Below, one piece after another: positions 40,169-53,698 of a stretch of DNA of 64,000 bases. The stretch lies in NCBI RefSeq assembly GCF_009914755.1, contig NC_060940.1, one strand, 5' to 3'. The DNA is from the human T2T-CHM13v2.0 reference genome, Homo sapiens. Numbering within the stretch: the first letter of the stretch is position 1; every line of letters starts with the position of its first letter. Below the pieces are notes generated by a model that was not told where the DNA came from, made no database searches, and saw only the letters and a list, made by a program, of their open reading frames with translations. The position numbers were made by a program, and so were the translations under genes.

Positions 40169-43100
40169 TCTTCCAATTCATGAGCGTGGAATTTTTTTTA
40201 TTTCTTTTGTGTCCTTTTCACTTTGTTTCATCAGGATTTTATAGTTTTCCTTGTATAGATCTTTCACTTCTTTAGTTAGATTGATTCCTAGGTGATTTAT
40301 ATATTTTGTAGCTACCATAAATAGGATTGGTTTTTGATTTCTGCTTCAGGTTGTTGATGTTTGTAAATGTTACTGATTTTTGTATACTGACTTTGTATGC
40401 TGCAAACTTCCTGCATTTGTTTGTTAGTTCTAACATTTTTTTGGTAGAGTCTTTAGGTTTATTTAGGTATAAGAAAACTCCAAACTATGCTAATTTGACT
40501 TTCTTTCCAATTTGAATTCCCTTTATTTCTTTCTCTTGCCTGATTGCTTTAGACAGGAATTCCAGTATTATGTTAAACAAATGTGGTGAAAGTGAGCATC
40601 CCTGCTTTGTTCTAGTAATAAAGAAATGGCCTTCAATTTTTCTTCATTCACAACAGTGTTAGCTATGGGTTTGTTATATACAGTTTTTATTATTCTGAGG
40701 TATGTTCCTTCTGTACCCATTTTGATGAGAATTTTTGTAAAAAAAGGATGTTGAATTACATTGAATACTTTTTCACCATCTATTATTCTAACAATTATAT
40801 GGTTTTTATTCTTCATTTTGTTAATGTGAGGTATAATGTTTATTGTTTGCAAGTGTTGAACCATTCACCCTGGTGGTACATGGTCCCTTTAATGTATTGT
40901 TGAGTTTTGTTTGCCAGTATTTTGTTGAGGATTTTTGCATGTATGTTCATCAGTAATATTAACTTGTTAGTTTTTTTGTTGTTGCGTCCTTGTCTGGTGT
41001 TGGCATGAGGACAGTGCTGGCCTCATAAAATGAATTTGGAAGTATTCCCTCCTCAATTTTTTTGAAAAGTTTGTGTAGGACTGGTATCCATTCTTTAAAT
41101 GTTTGGTATAATTCAGCAGTAAAGGCAGCAGGTCCTAGGCTTTTGTTTGATAGAAGACTTTTTATTATGGCTTTGATCTTTTTATTATGGCTTTGTCATT
41201 GGCTTGTTGAAGTTTTCAGTTCCTTTATAATTCAATCTTTAGGCTATGTGACCAGGAATTTTTTTAATTCCTTTTAGGTTTCCAATTTGTTAGTATATTG
41301 CTGTGCACAATAGTCTCTAAAGATTCTTTTGTATTTCTGAGGTTTTAATTTTATGGTTCATTTTTTGTGATTTTATTTATTGGTAGCTTATCTCTTATTT
41401 TCTTAGTCTAGTTGAAATTTTTTAAATTTTATTTATCTTTTCGAAAAACCTACTTTTAATTTTATTGATCTTTTGTATTTTTTAATCTTAATTTTATTTA
41501 TTTCTGCTCAGATCTTTTTTATTTTTTCCCTTCTACTAATTTGGGGTTTGGCTTGTTCTTGCTTTTTTTGTTCCTTGAAGTTCATTATTCGGTTGTTTAT
41601 TTGAAGTCTTTCTATTTTTTGCTATAGGCACTTATTGCTATAAACATCCCTCTTAGTACTGCTCTGCTGTATCCCATAGATTTTGATATGTGATATTTCC
41701 ATTTTCATTTGTTTAAAGAAATTTTTAAATTCCCTTCTTAATTACTTCATTGACCCATTGGTCAAGGATCAGGTTGTTTAATTTCTATGTGTTTGTGTGT
41801 TTTCTGCAGTTTTTCTTGTTATTGATTTCTAGTTTTATTCTATTGCTGTCTGAAAAGGTACTTGATATGATTTTTAGTTTTATAAATTTGTTCAGACCTC
41901 TTTTTTGGCCAAAATATGATCTATTCTGGAGGATGTATCATGTGCTGATAAAAAGAATGTGTAGTCTGCAGAACTTGGGTGAAACATTCTGTAATTGTCA
42001 GTTAGGCCTATTAGATTTAGCATGTAGTTTAATGCTGATTTTTTTTTGTTCTGTCTGGGTGATCTGTCCATTACTGAAAGTGGAGTGTTAAAGTTCTCTA
42101 CTATTATTGTATTCCTGTCTAGCTCTATATTTACGTCTGTTAACTTATCTTAGGTCACAAATACAATAATAGAAACAAAGGCAAAAAATACAAAAACTTT
42201 CTACACTTCAACTTTATCCTTTCCATATTTTGACTTTTACTTGCCTCATTTTACATTTTTTTTTTGCATTACCTATCTCTTAACAGATTGCTGTAGCTAT
42301 TATTGTTTTTCATAGATTTTTCTTTTGGGCTTCATACTAAAGTTATGAGTTAATTGCACACCATCATTACAATGATGTGGTATTCTGAATTTATTCATGT
42401 ACTTAGCTTTATCACTGGGTTTTATACTTTGAAAAGTTTTTGCATGTTGGTTATTTTTTTTTCTTTCAGATTGAAAAACTCCTTTTATCATTTTTTGTAA
42501 GATGATTCTGGTGACGGTGAATTCTCTTAGCTTTTGTCGCCTGGGAAAGACTCTCTCCTTCATATTTGAAGAATAATTTTCCTTGATAGAGTATTCTTAG
42601 ATGGCAGTTTTTTTTTATTTTTGAGCACTTTGAAAATGTTGTTCTACTTTCTTGTGCCATATATGGTTTCCTTTGAGAAGTTTATTGCCAGATGAATTAG
42701 AGCTCCTTTATATGTTATTTGCTTCTCTCTTTCTGCTTTTAAGATCCTCTTGAGTTTTGAGAGCTTAATTATTATAGACCTTAAGATAGTCTTATTTGGG
42801 TTGAATCTGTTGGCTTTTCTCAGACCTTCCTGTACCTGGATATTCATATCTTTCTAAAATTTTGGAAAATTCGTTATTATTTCCTTGAATAAGATTTGTA
42901 CCCCTTGCTCTTGCTCAGTTGTCTTTTGAACACCAATAATTCTTAGATTTGATCTTTTGTGTTAACTTTCTACATCTTGGAGGTATTCCTTGTTTCTTTC
43001 ATTCCTTGTTCTTTTTTCCTCCTCTGACTGTGTATTCCTAAATATCCTGTTTTCAAGGTCATTGGTTTTTTTATCTGCTTGGTCCATTCTGCTGTTGAGA

Positions 43101-43362
43101 GCCTCTAATGAGTTCTTCATTTCAGCAAAAGTATTTATCAGTTTCAAGATTTTTGTCTGATTTTCTTTTTTTTTTTCTGATTTCAGTCTCTTTGCTAAAT
43201 TTTTATGATAGATTTCTGAATTGCTTCTCTGGGTTATGTAAGAGATAATTTCATTTCCCTAACACTACTATTTTTAATTCTTGGTCAGAGAGAGCTCAAA
43301 AATCACCATCTCATTAGGGTCGGTCACTGGATTTTTGCTTTGTCCTTTTAAGAAACTCATGA

Positions 43363-43622
<260 letters not shown>

Positions 43623-44488
43623 AAGGAACTTATGATTCCCTGTTTCCTGTTGGTTGTTTTGGGCATGTGTCTATGTCTTTGCTTTGAAGGATTGAAGTTA
43701 TGTATTCCAGTTTTCTTTATCTGCCTTGTTTTGTTCTTTTATTGGGTATATTTGCTTGGCGAATCTTTGACGCTATGTCACTGCCTTTTTGGCTCTAGAT
43801 TGTGCCTGTAGCCCAGATTCACCTCAGATTTAGTAAGTGATCAAAGTGCTACTTGTCCTGAATGGGGGTGGTCCCAAAGGGATTATTCCAGCAGTACAGG
43901 GAGACTGTCTAGGGCTTTATGCCCAGGGGACCTATGGAAAGAACCTCCTACACTGTGGTGCTGCTGAACAGCCACTCTGATGTACATCTACTTTGGCCAA
44001 ATTACGGAGCAAATTTTTCAAGACCAGCATGCTAGTCTTGCTCCTCACTTTGACTCTGTCTGTCCCCAGGGAAACGTCTTCCTTCAGGCAGTCACAGTGT
44101 TGCCCAGGGGAAAGGCAAGGATAGGTTTCCTGCCAGGATACCCCAGATGGTGGTGAAGCTGGTTGACCACTTTAATATCACTTTTTCCAGTGTAGAAACC
44201 AAGAATTGAGGAGAGATTTTCCACATAATTGACGCCCAGCAGACTGGGTCAGGAAGGGAATTTGCAGATATGGTAGTCCAATTTTCTTACCACCTATTTG
44301 GAGGTACTTTCACTTCTCTGTAGCCCCCAGGAACTCTCTTATCTCATATTCCAGTTGAGGGTAGTTGCTCGTGAAAATCTCAGTGCTATATGCATGTTTA
44401 TGGTTTTCTTTTGGGTGAGTAAAGCCAACTTGCTTCTATGCTTCCATTTTGGAACTGGAAGTTCACATCTTTGATTCTTATACTCATT

Positions 44489-44868
44489 TGTATTCGTTTG
44501 CTAGGGCTGCCAAAACAAAGTATCACACACTAGGTGATTTAAACAATATAAATTTATTTTCTTACAGTTCTGGAGGCTAGCTATTCAAAATCAAGGTGTC
44601 GGCAGATTCTGTTTCCCTAAAGGCTTCTCTCATAGATGGCCTCCTTAGCCATCCTTAAGACCTTAGCCATCTTTAAGACCATGTCTTTACAGGGTCTTTC
44701 ACATGTATGTTCCTTCCTCTTCTTATAAGCAAACCAGTCATGTTCGGTACCCACCATTATGAACTCATTAATTATCTCTTTAAAAGCCCTATCTTCTAAC
44801 ACAGACACATTGGGGTTTGGAGGTTCAGCATAGGAATTTGGATGAGAGGGAAACAATTCGGTCTATAA
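44489..44868 (-). mobile_element. MLT1A/B-like MaLR LTR
   Basis: tgtattcgtttgctagggctgcc..aacaaagtatcaca..cagttctggaggctag..aaaatcaaggtgtcggcag. Confidence 0.8.
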
Positions 44869-45574
44869 AATTATCCAAATAAGTAGACTAAGAGTTGATC
44901 CCTATCTTACAGGTAGATAGTAGTTTATTCCTATCATAAAAATGAAAAAAAGGGGCTTGGATAGTCTCACTTACTAAAAATGGAAGCTAGACACTTAGCT
45001 GTGCTGTATTCGGCTGAAAAAGCAAATTTTACAGGACCCATGTGAGGAACTCCATTTCAGGGTTAGCTAGAAAAGTGGACACTGTAAACCATCAGCACAA
45101 AGGGTTTAGGGCTAAGTTGAATCTGCAGAGGCCAGTGATGGAGCTAAAGGAGTTTGGAGTGGAGTTTTCAAGAATGCCAGGGTCTGAAACTCCACCTACC
45201 TGGAGCTATAATCATGATTTGATGATGGATATTTACTGAGCATTGCATGCCAAGCAATGAGTTAAGTGTGTGTGCAAACATACAGTGAGAGTAGTGCCCT
45301 ATCAGGGCCTTATTTCACTGATGTGGTGTTCAAGGCTCAGACATATTTAATATAGTTAGTGGGAGAACCACTATTGACACACTGGCTGTTTGTTTTTCAG
45401 TTCACAAACCTGGACTCACCAAGCAAAGCTGCATCATGAAGTCACAGCTTCCAAGTCGCAGATCAAATTCTTTCACTTTTAGGAACTTAGCCAGATCTCC
45501 TGATATGGAAACCTGTTATGAGTCTCTGTGAGACTGAGATGAGATCGGTCAAAAAAATGTGTAATAGAGATTTC

Positions 45575-46066
45575 TTTGTTGGTGCTACTGTGACAAAGTG
45601 TTACGCAGGTACAAAAGTAATTGCAGTTTTTGCCATTACTTGTAATGCAAGAGGTAAGGTCTATTATTTCTGTTAAACTAATGGCAAAAACTGCAATTAG
45701 TTTTGCAACAACCTAATACCTGGGACCGAGTTATTTAGAAATAATAGAAATTTAGTTCTCATAGTTTTGGGGGATCGGGAGTCCAAGATCAAGGTACTGG
45801 CACTCAGCATCATGAGAGGGACTCCTTGTTGCATCCTCACAGGGCAGAGGCAGAAGTGTAAACACAGGCCTAAACTAATTCCTTTCAGCTTTTTTATAAG
45901 GCACAAATCCATGATTAGTGCCTTATAAAGGGAAAGGAACTCCCATGAGGGTGGAGCCCTCATGATGTAATCACTTTTCCAAAAGTGATTAAATCTTAAT
46001 ACCATCCCAATGGAGATTAAATTTCAACATGAATTTTGGAAGTGATACTATCATTCGAACCATAGC
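45575..46066 (-). mobile_element. MST/MLT1A-type MaLR LTR interrupted by MADE1
   Basis: ggagtccaagatcaagg, catgagggtggagccctcatga, attaaatttcaacatgaattttgga, accatagca. Confidence 0.72.
45608..45716. mobile_element. MADE1 (Hsmar1 MITE) with internal insertion
   Basis: caaaagtaattgcagtttttgccatta ... taatggcaaaaactgcaattagttttgcaacaacctaa(ta). Confidence 0.9.
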
Positions 46067-46580
46067 AAGAGCAAATGTAAACTTATTCTGCAATGCATCT
46101 CCATTAGTATGCATGTTTTCACATGATAAGGTTATCTACTCATGCCAGATGATTCGTATGTTCATGACACTTGTAGCTTTTTCTAATACATATTATCCCA
46201 TTAGCTCATCAGTAAAATACCAGTACCCATCTCTTATATATTTTGATACACTGAAGTCTCTCACATGTCCAATGCTGTCAACCTCTCTGATTTATATAGC
46301 TGTAAAGTTTTAAGACCAAGCTTATTTTTTCCCATCCCATTGGATGAAAAATAATACATTAGGATGGAAATGCAGATGATAATAGCCAAAATAATACATT
46401 TGTGATGTTTCAGAAAGTGTTCACTGCAAATGTGTGTCTATGTATGTGTATATGTAATTATAATTCATCCTCAGAATTCTGTGAAGAGGTAAGGTCTATT
46501 ATTTCTGTTAGTTTATATGAAGAAACTGTCTCACATAAATTAATTAATCACATTTACTAAAATTACATAATGATGATGGT

Positions 46581-47313
46581 ACAGCCATCTCCCTTATCCA
46601 CAGTTTTACTTTTTGCAGTTTCAATTGACTAGAGGTCAACCATGGTCTGAAAATAAGTGTCTACAGTATATTAAGATATTTTGAGAGAGAGAGAGACTAT
46701 ATTCACATAATTTTTATAATAGCATATTATTATAGTTGTTCTATTTTATTAATTATTGTTGTTAATCTTTTACTATGCCTAATTTATAAATTAAACTTCA
46801 TCATAACTATGTATGTATAAAAAAAACATAGAACAGTCATTCATTTTCTAATGACAGGGACATGTTCTAAGAAGTGTGTCATTAAGACGATTTTCCTTGT
46901 TGTATGAACATCACAGAATATAATTACACAAACCCCAGTGGTATAACTGATTATACACCTACATTATATGGTATAATCTATTATTCCTAGATTACAAACC
47001 TGTGGAGTGTGTAGTAACACACTGTAGGCAGTTGTAAGACACTAATAAGTATTTGTGTATCTAAACATATATAAACATAGAAAAGTTAATGTCTTGTGCT
47101 ACAACACTAGAACAGCTATAATGTCACTAAGCAATAGGAATTTTTCAGTTTCATTATAATCTTGTGGGAGCACCATTGTCTATGCAATTTGTCAACCACT
47201 GAAATATCATTATATGGTGTCTGTTGTATATATAGGGTTGGGTACTATCCATGGTAGCAGCCATTAACTGGGGGTCTTGGAACATATACCCTGTAGATAA
47301 GGGGAAACTGTTG
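46581..47313. mobile_element. Tigger2a (MER28)-like element split by Tigger3
   Basis: Terminal repeats cccttatcc / gataagggg; ggtcaaccatggtctgaaaata; ctgggggtcttggaacatatacc. Confidence 0.8.
46833..47226. mobile_element. Tigger3 (MER7/Golem) nested in Tigger2a
   Basis: cagtcat..aatgacagggacatgttctaagaagtgtgtcatta; gtatttgtgtatctaaacata; attataatcttgtgggagcacc. Confidence 0.78.
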
Positions 47314-48069
47314 TATCATGACTAAAGTTCTGTAACTCCAGGGACTATGATGTATACATATCTGGTCCATGCATTATTTTTCTTGGAAAAATGTTGACAT
47401 GGAACCCAAGTATATTTTAATGATTTTCTAAAATTATAGTATCTTCTTAGGTACTTCTCTAAAATGTTTATATCATTTTGAAATTTTGAGTCTGCATTAT
47501 AATAAAGATATAGGAAACATTTCTATTTCACAAGGATGTAAATGCACAACTCTGCTTTTTAAATCTAACTCAGGAAATTAATTTTACTTATTTTCCTTGA
47601 ATTTGAAAGTTATTACGTACTTGTAAATGTCAGTTAATGTTGGATGAATTGACAATGTAGGCATACATAATATAAAACTAATAATTTTAACATTTATATA
47701 TGTAAAATTTATTTATGTAATAAATTATAAAATTTATATATGTAATATTCTAATATAGTAGCTCACATTTATTATCTACTAGCTGAAGTGCTAAACACTT
47801 TGTGACTTAATTCATTTAATTCTTACACACCTGGTTTTTTAGTTAACACAATAAGCATTATCATGTTACAGATACGAAAACTGAGGAAGAGAGAAATTAA
47901 GTCATTTATCTCAGTAGATTTGCTGGAGGTTTGAATCTATCATAGATCCAACATCAGCATTCATATTACTACCTTTGAACATACTAACCCCCAGTGGTGA
48001 AAAGACAACTAGTATTAAATTTACATGATAGTGTTTGAAGTACTGGCTTTGTATGTCTTTTAGTTCTTA

Positions 48070-50592
48070 TGGGAGATTATTTATATTGATAGTCCTGATT
48101 AATGGCCTCCCTGTTTACTTATGATTTGCAGTTCTTCCTGCTGTTGAGTGAGTCTTTGGCCATCTGTTGAATCTGGGCTATTCTGATAGAAATAAGTGAT
48201 TACATGAAGATGGTCCCAAGTATAGACCTTAAGTCCATCTCATAACAATCTACAGGTCTTCTACTATCAAATAGTTAAGAGAAGGCAGATCACAGGCAAG
48301 AGTTGCCTACTCAGCCCATAGTTGAGTATTAACACATGAATGTGCCCTTCTAAGAAAAGAGGAATCACTCTACTGACCCTTAGACTTGGAAGCAATAATA
48401 AATGCCTATTTTGTATGTTACTGAGTTTTGGCGTAGTTTGTTATGCTTCAATAGCAAAATAATGCAGCAACTGGCAACCCAAGTGAGATGATGCTATAAT
48501 ACAAGCTCAAAAATATGTGGCATTAGCTTTAGTTGGAGTAATAAGTAGAACCTGTTAAAAAAAAAAGTTAGCAAACAATTGCAAAATTATGAGAAAAATA
48601 GTGAGGAAGTTTTTATCCAAGGTAATCAATATTGGAATGCATTTTATGTGTTAATTAAATAATTCACAAAATTTTAGGCAGCTTTTAATGAGAACATGGA
48701 AAAATAATTATGAAATTATGGTTCCAGATAAGAAGTCCCTTAGGCAGAAAGTTGAAAGTTTCAGCTGAGTGCTATCAGTCGTATATGATAAGATAAGGAA
48801 AGAAAGGCATGTGCTAACAAAACAACTGACCAGTTTGTGTGTAGCATGCCAAAGGAATGTAGAGGTGCCAGGATTTGCTGGGTTAGAAATAAAATAGTAT
48901 CTCATTTCCAGTTTCTCCAGCTAGCAAAAGATTCTCAAAGAAAAATACAGGCTTAGGGTGTAAATAGGATGTTTCTATAATAACCTTTGTTAAGATATCA
49001 GAAAAAACTTTAGCTGGTACCTTCTAGAGACCCAGGTACCCAATCTTTTGGCTTCCCTGGCCACATTGCAAGAAGAATTGTCTTGGGCCACATGTAAAAT
49101 ACACTAACACTTATAGCTGATAAACTTTAAAAAATTGCAAAAAAAAAAAATCTCATAATGTTTTAAGAAAGTTTAAGACTTTGTGTTGGGCCACATTCAA
49201 AGCCGTCCTGGACTCCAAGTGGCCCATGGGCCAGGGGGTGGACAGGCATGATCTAGACCCTTGTAGCTTAAAAAAAAAAAAAGTCATCTAGGAATTTGAA
49301 GGGTATTGTTCCGTAGCAATATTACGTGTTTCAAGTTTCTGTGGCATGTTTCAAAACACTTAGTGATTAAGGATTTGGCAAATGGAGTTGAATGAGATTA
49401 ACAGAAGGCTCACAACGTTTTTAAGAGTTGCATTGGTAAAAAAGAGCCTATTTTGGATTAAAAAGTGGCAAGATGATTCAAATATCTAGAAGTCCTCTGA
49501 GATTCCAAATTTCTATGAGATAGAATAAAGCTGTTCAGTTTTCACTGTCACCATAGATCATTTATTCAGAAGATTCTGAGGGGGATACAAAAAAAGAAAG
49601 GACATTTCAGAAAGTAGAGCCAACGACCAAAAGAAGAGTGCCAAGTAAGATACTGGAGACACAAACCTACAGAGAAGAGCCCAGGAAACATTCCCCACTT
49701 TTAGAGTGTGTGGGTAGGGGTGGGTGGGTTGACAGGCAGTATTTGGCCAATGCGTTTACTGAATTGGTATGAATTAGTGATGCTTTGTGCCTTCCATTCT
49801 TCCCTTCCACTTTTAGAATGGGATTGGACATTATGGATATTCTTTGTACTATTATATGTTGGATGTGCAGGAGGAAGATAACTTGCTTTTTAAATTCATA
49901 GTTCTCTGGCTCAAAAGGAGTCTCATTCAGTGAACTGCATCCAGACCTGATGTATATCATAATGCTTGTGCTCGCAACCTGGTGTTGTAATTTGATGAGA
50001 CTTTTAGAAATTTATGGAGGAGTAAATGTATTTTGCATGGTAAGAGATATGAAAAATTTGGGCCAAATTCAGATCATAGTAAATAGGTTGCATTGATTAC
50101 CCAAATAGCAGTCTCCCTATTTTTATCTCCTTTTCCATGCAAGTTTCTGGTTTTCACTCACTCTGACTCTTGGCTGGCCTCGTGACTTGCTTTGGCAAAA
50201 AGTATGTGTGATATAAGTTAATGCTTTTGAACCTAAGCCTGAGGAGGGTTTGCATACTTCTGCTTGCTCTTGTTCATGGTGGAGCAGATTTGCTTTTAGA
50301 TTCTTGCCTCCTCAATAATAACAAAGCCAAGTCAGTCTACTGGAAGATGAGAGACTTCATAGAGGAGAGCAGAGAGACGTTCATTCTCAGCCGGTCAACC
50401 TCCAAAAGCCATCTTGCCTTAGGAACCCATAGCTGACTCCCAAAGCATGAAGTAGCTTACCTAAGACTGAGAAACCACACAGCTGAACCCATGCTAAATT
50501 GCTGATGCACCGAATTTTAAGCTTAATGGGTTGCTGTTATTTTAATACTCTATGTTTCGGGACAGAATATTCTATGGCAGCTGTAAGTGATG
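48070..50592 (+). mobile_element. MLT1 (F/G/H-type) MaLR LTR-internal-LTR remnant
   Basis: LTR-like 48070-48465 and about 50075-50592 (tgacttgctttggc, cagctgaaccca..aaattgctga); MaLR internal-like sequence between them. Confidence 0.55.
49033..49250. mobile_element. MER30 (hAT-Charlie)
   Basis: ccaatcttttggcttccctggccacattg..aaatctcataatgttttaagaaagttta..gttgggccacattcaaagccgtcctgg; tctaga on both flanks. Confidence 0.88.
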
Positions 50593-51893
50593 CAACTCTG
50601 CAACTGTGGACTTGTTATTAAAACTCATCTGCATTTAGTTTTCTTCATCTGCAATTTGTAGATGAAATGAACTTTAGATTGTAATCATATTAGTAAGTTA
50701 ACATTTACAACATATATTACACAGGTTTCCAGTAAACATTTAAAAATGAATAAACAAGTGGTTAGTATTCAATACTTTTTTCTAGAAGTTTCATTGTAGG
50801 TGTTATGCAGTTAGAATAATTGTGAGATTGTTTTCCACTTTCCTGCATTAAAAAACAAGAAGATGTCTTCGGTTTCTTTCAAAACATGTTATTCTGCCTT
50901 TGTAATGGGTACTTGTGGGATTGACTGAAGAACAATGCCGTATTAGAAGTCATAGCGGTTTGGGGAAAGCCAGGAAACATTTTCTATTGAGATAGAGATA
51001 AAAGAATCTTTCTCAGAGAAAAGGTAGTAGCTAAGTGCTTTGTAAAAAATAACAAAGCAGGATCATTAGTCTAAAGAAAAAATAGCACTGTCAGAAATTA
51101 TATATTATAACTTTTAAAGGTAAGTAAGAAGTCAGAGTCATTGTCCCAGCCTCATGAGGCACTTTTTTAAAAGATAGGTTTACACTAATAACACTGTAAT
51201 TTATGCCAACTTCTTTACAAAACCTTCCTCTCTCTCTCTTTTCTTACACATAACAATTGTAATATGTAAAGAAGTACAGACTAAGCCTTCCTTTGGTCTT
51301 ATTTTGGACTAGTAGCAATCCTTTATCAGATGTAGGAAGGTGTGTGACATCATACAAGAAAAAAGAGCTCACGTTTGTTCATTGTCAAAAATAAATTGAA
51401 ATACAGAAGAACCAGGGGTTACCAGAGAACCCTATTGAATTTACTGTTGCTATTGAGTAATACAAAGGAAGGTTGCAGTGGTGGAGCTTTGGCAGTGATC
51501 CAAGATGAGAAATTAAGACAATTGTAGTAATGAATTAGAATAAAATATCTCAGACATAACTCCTATTATAAAAGAAATTCAACTGCATTATCTTATGCTT
51601 TCTCATTTATAGCATAGTAAGAGGCAAAGAAGATGATTTCTAAAATCCCTAAAATTCAAAATCTTGCGTGTAACTTCCTTCCTTTTTATCCAAACCCTGT
51701 CTACCAGGAACTGGTGAGGCCTTAAATGAGGGCATATTTATGCTTCCCAGTGTTAAAATAGGAGAGCCAGGGTCAAGGATACAGTGCGAGATTCTATTCA
51801 GTGCAGTTTCTATTACACAAGGACCAGAGAGTCTTGAGGCTCAAAGTAACCCCCACATCTAACCCTGCTCATGTACTTTGAACTTCACAGTAT

Positions 51894-52391
<498 letters not shown>

Positions 52392-53618
52392 TAATTGTCT
52401 TTTGAAAGGTGCATAAACAATAAACTTGAGCAGTGTGTGACTTGTATGTGGGAGAATAAAGTGGTATTGGTATGGGTGCACAGAGGAGGACCCTACAAAT
52501 CCTTTTTGAAGATTCTGAGAAACCTTTATAAAGAGATGGTGTCTGAGGTGGGTATTAAAAGATAAGTGAAAATATTTTGTACAGAGGGTATCTAAGGAAC
52601 CTACAGGAGAAAGAGAACGCTAGTCATTAATTCAGAAGTTTAGGCTCTCATTATGTGAGATATCTAGACTTATAACTAACTCATAGAATTAGCCAATAAA
52701 ATATTTGTGAAATAAAATTTAAAAAGTGTTCTCCAGTCCTCTAGATTTGAAGGATGCCTAGGTTATCAGAAATGAATGGAAGAAAGTTGTGACCTCCATT
52801 CTGGCAATGTTCTCAAGACTGACTTCAGTATGCTGCCTCACCTATATATCTCTCAGTTTGAGATGTAAGACTTGCATCCAAAAACACCATAAAGGATATT
52901 TCACAAATATTATGTGAAGTGGTCTTCCTCCTTGGGGGTGTATCTTCATGTTTTACATTGCATATGTTTCTGGTGCATGCATGAGTTTAGTGAAGGCAAT
53001 TTCTAAATTTCTACTGGTGCAATGTCTATGTCTCCAACACTTATGTTAGTACTCTGAGCAGGCCTTAAAGTTCTGCCTCCCATGAAGGCCTAATGGTATA
53101 CCCGTCTTTAGAATATTAGAGATGTGAGCTCCAGCAGAACAAAATGACAGTAGTTCCACATGACCTATGCAAACTGAATTTCATCTGCATGAGAAAACTA
53201 ATTGAATATTAATTGAGATGTGTTCTTGGCCTAGTAGGTAATAGCGACATGATCAGTCAGCAGTGCCTCTCTTGAGCCAATCAAGGGGAGGAGAGGCCCA
53301 AGTGCTGGTTGTTTTCCGTTTTCCTTCTGGATGGTTAGAGGGCTACTGAATTGTCATACGTTGTATTTTCTTCTTTCTCTGAATGATCCTATGACACCCT
53401 CCCTGACATCCTTCTTCTAATTTCTTCCTGTCTTACTCCATTTCTTCATGCATTTTGTATTTTTTCTTTACTTGTCCTAATAGTCATTTCATCCACTCTA
53501 CCTAATTGCCTCTGCTCAGATCTGAAAGAAAGAGATAGTCAGAATCCATGTGAATGGAACAACATGCTAACCAAAGTGTTTGATTATTACCACTCCTAAA
53601 TCTCAGATTTATCTGAAG

Positions 53619-53698
53619 TGCCTCAAGGGATCTTGATATCACCCTATCAACCTTTGCCTCAAGGGATCTTGATATCACCCTATCAACCTTTGCCTCAA
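53619..53698. repeat. Perfect 36-bp tandem duplication
   Basis: tgcctcaagggatcttgatatcaccctatcaacctt x2, then tgcctcaa. Confidence 0.95.

Noticed and set aside
45608-45716. Calling a miR-548 gene
   Set aside because: MADE1 copies are numerous and few are expressed; the left arm is truncated, the loop is enlarged, and there is no expression evidence.
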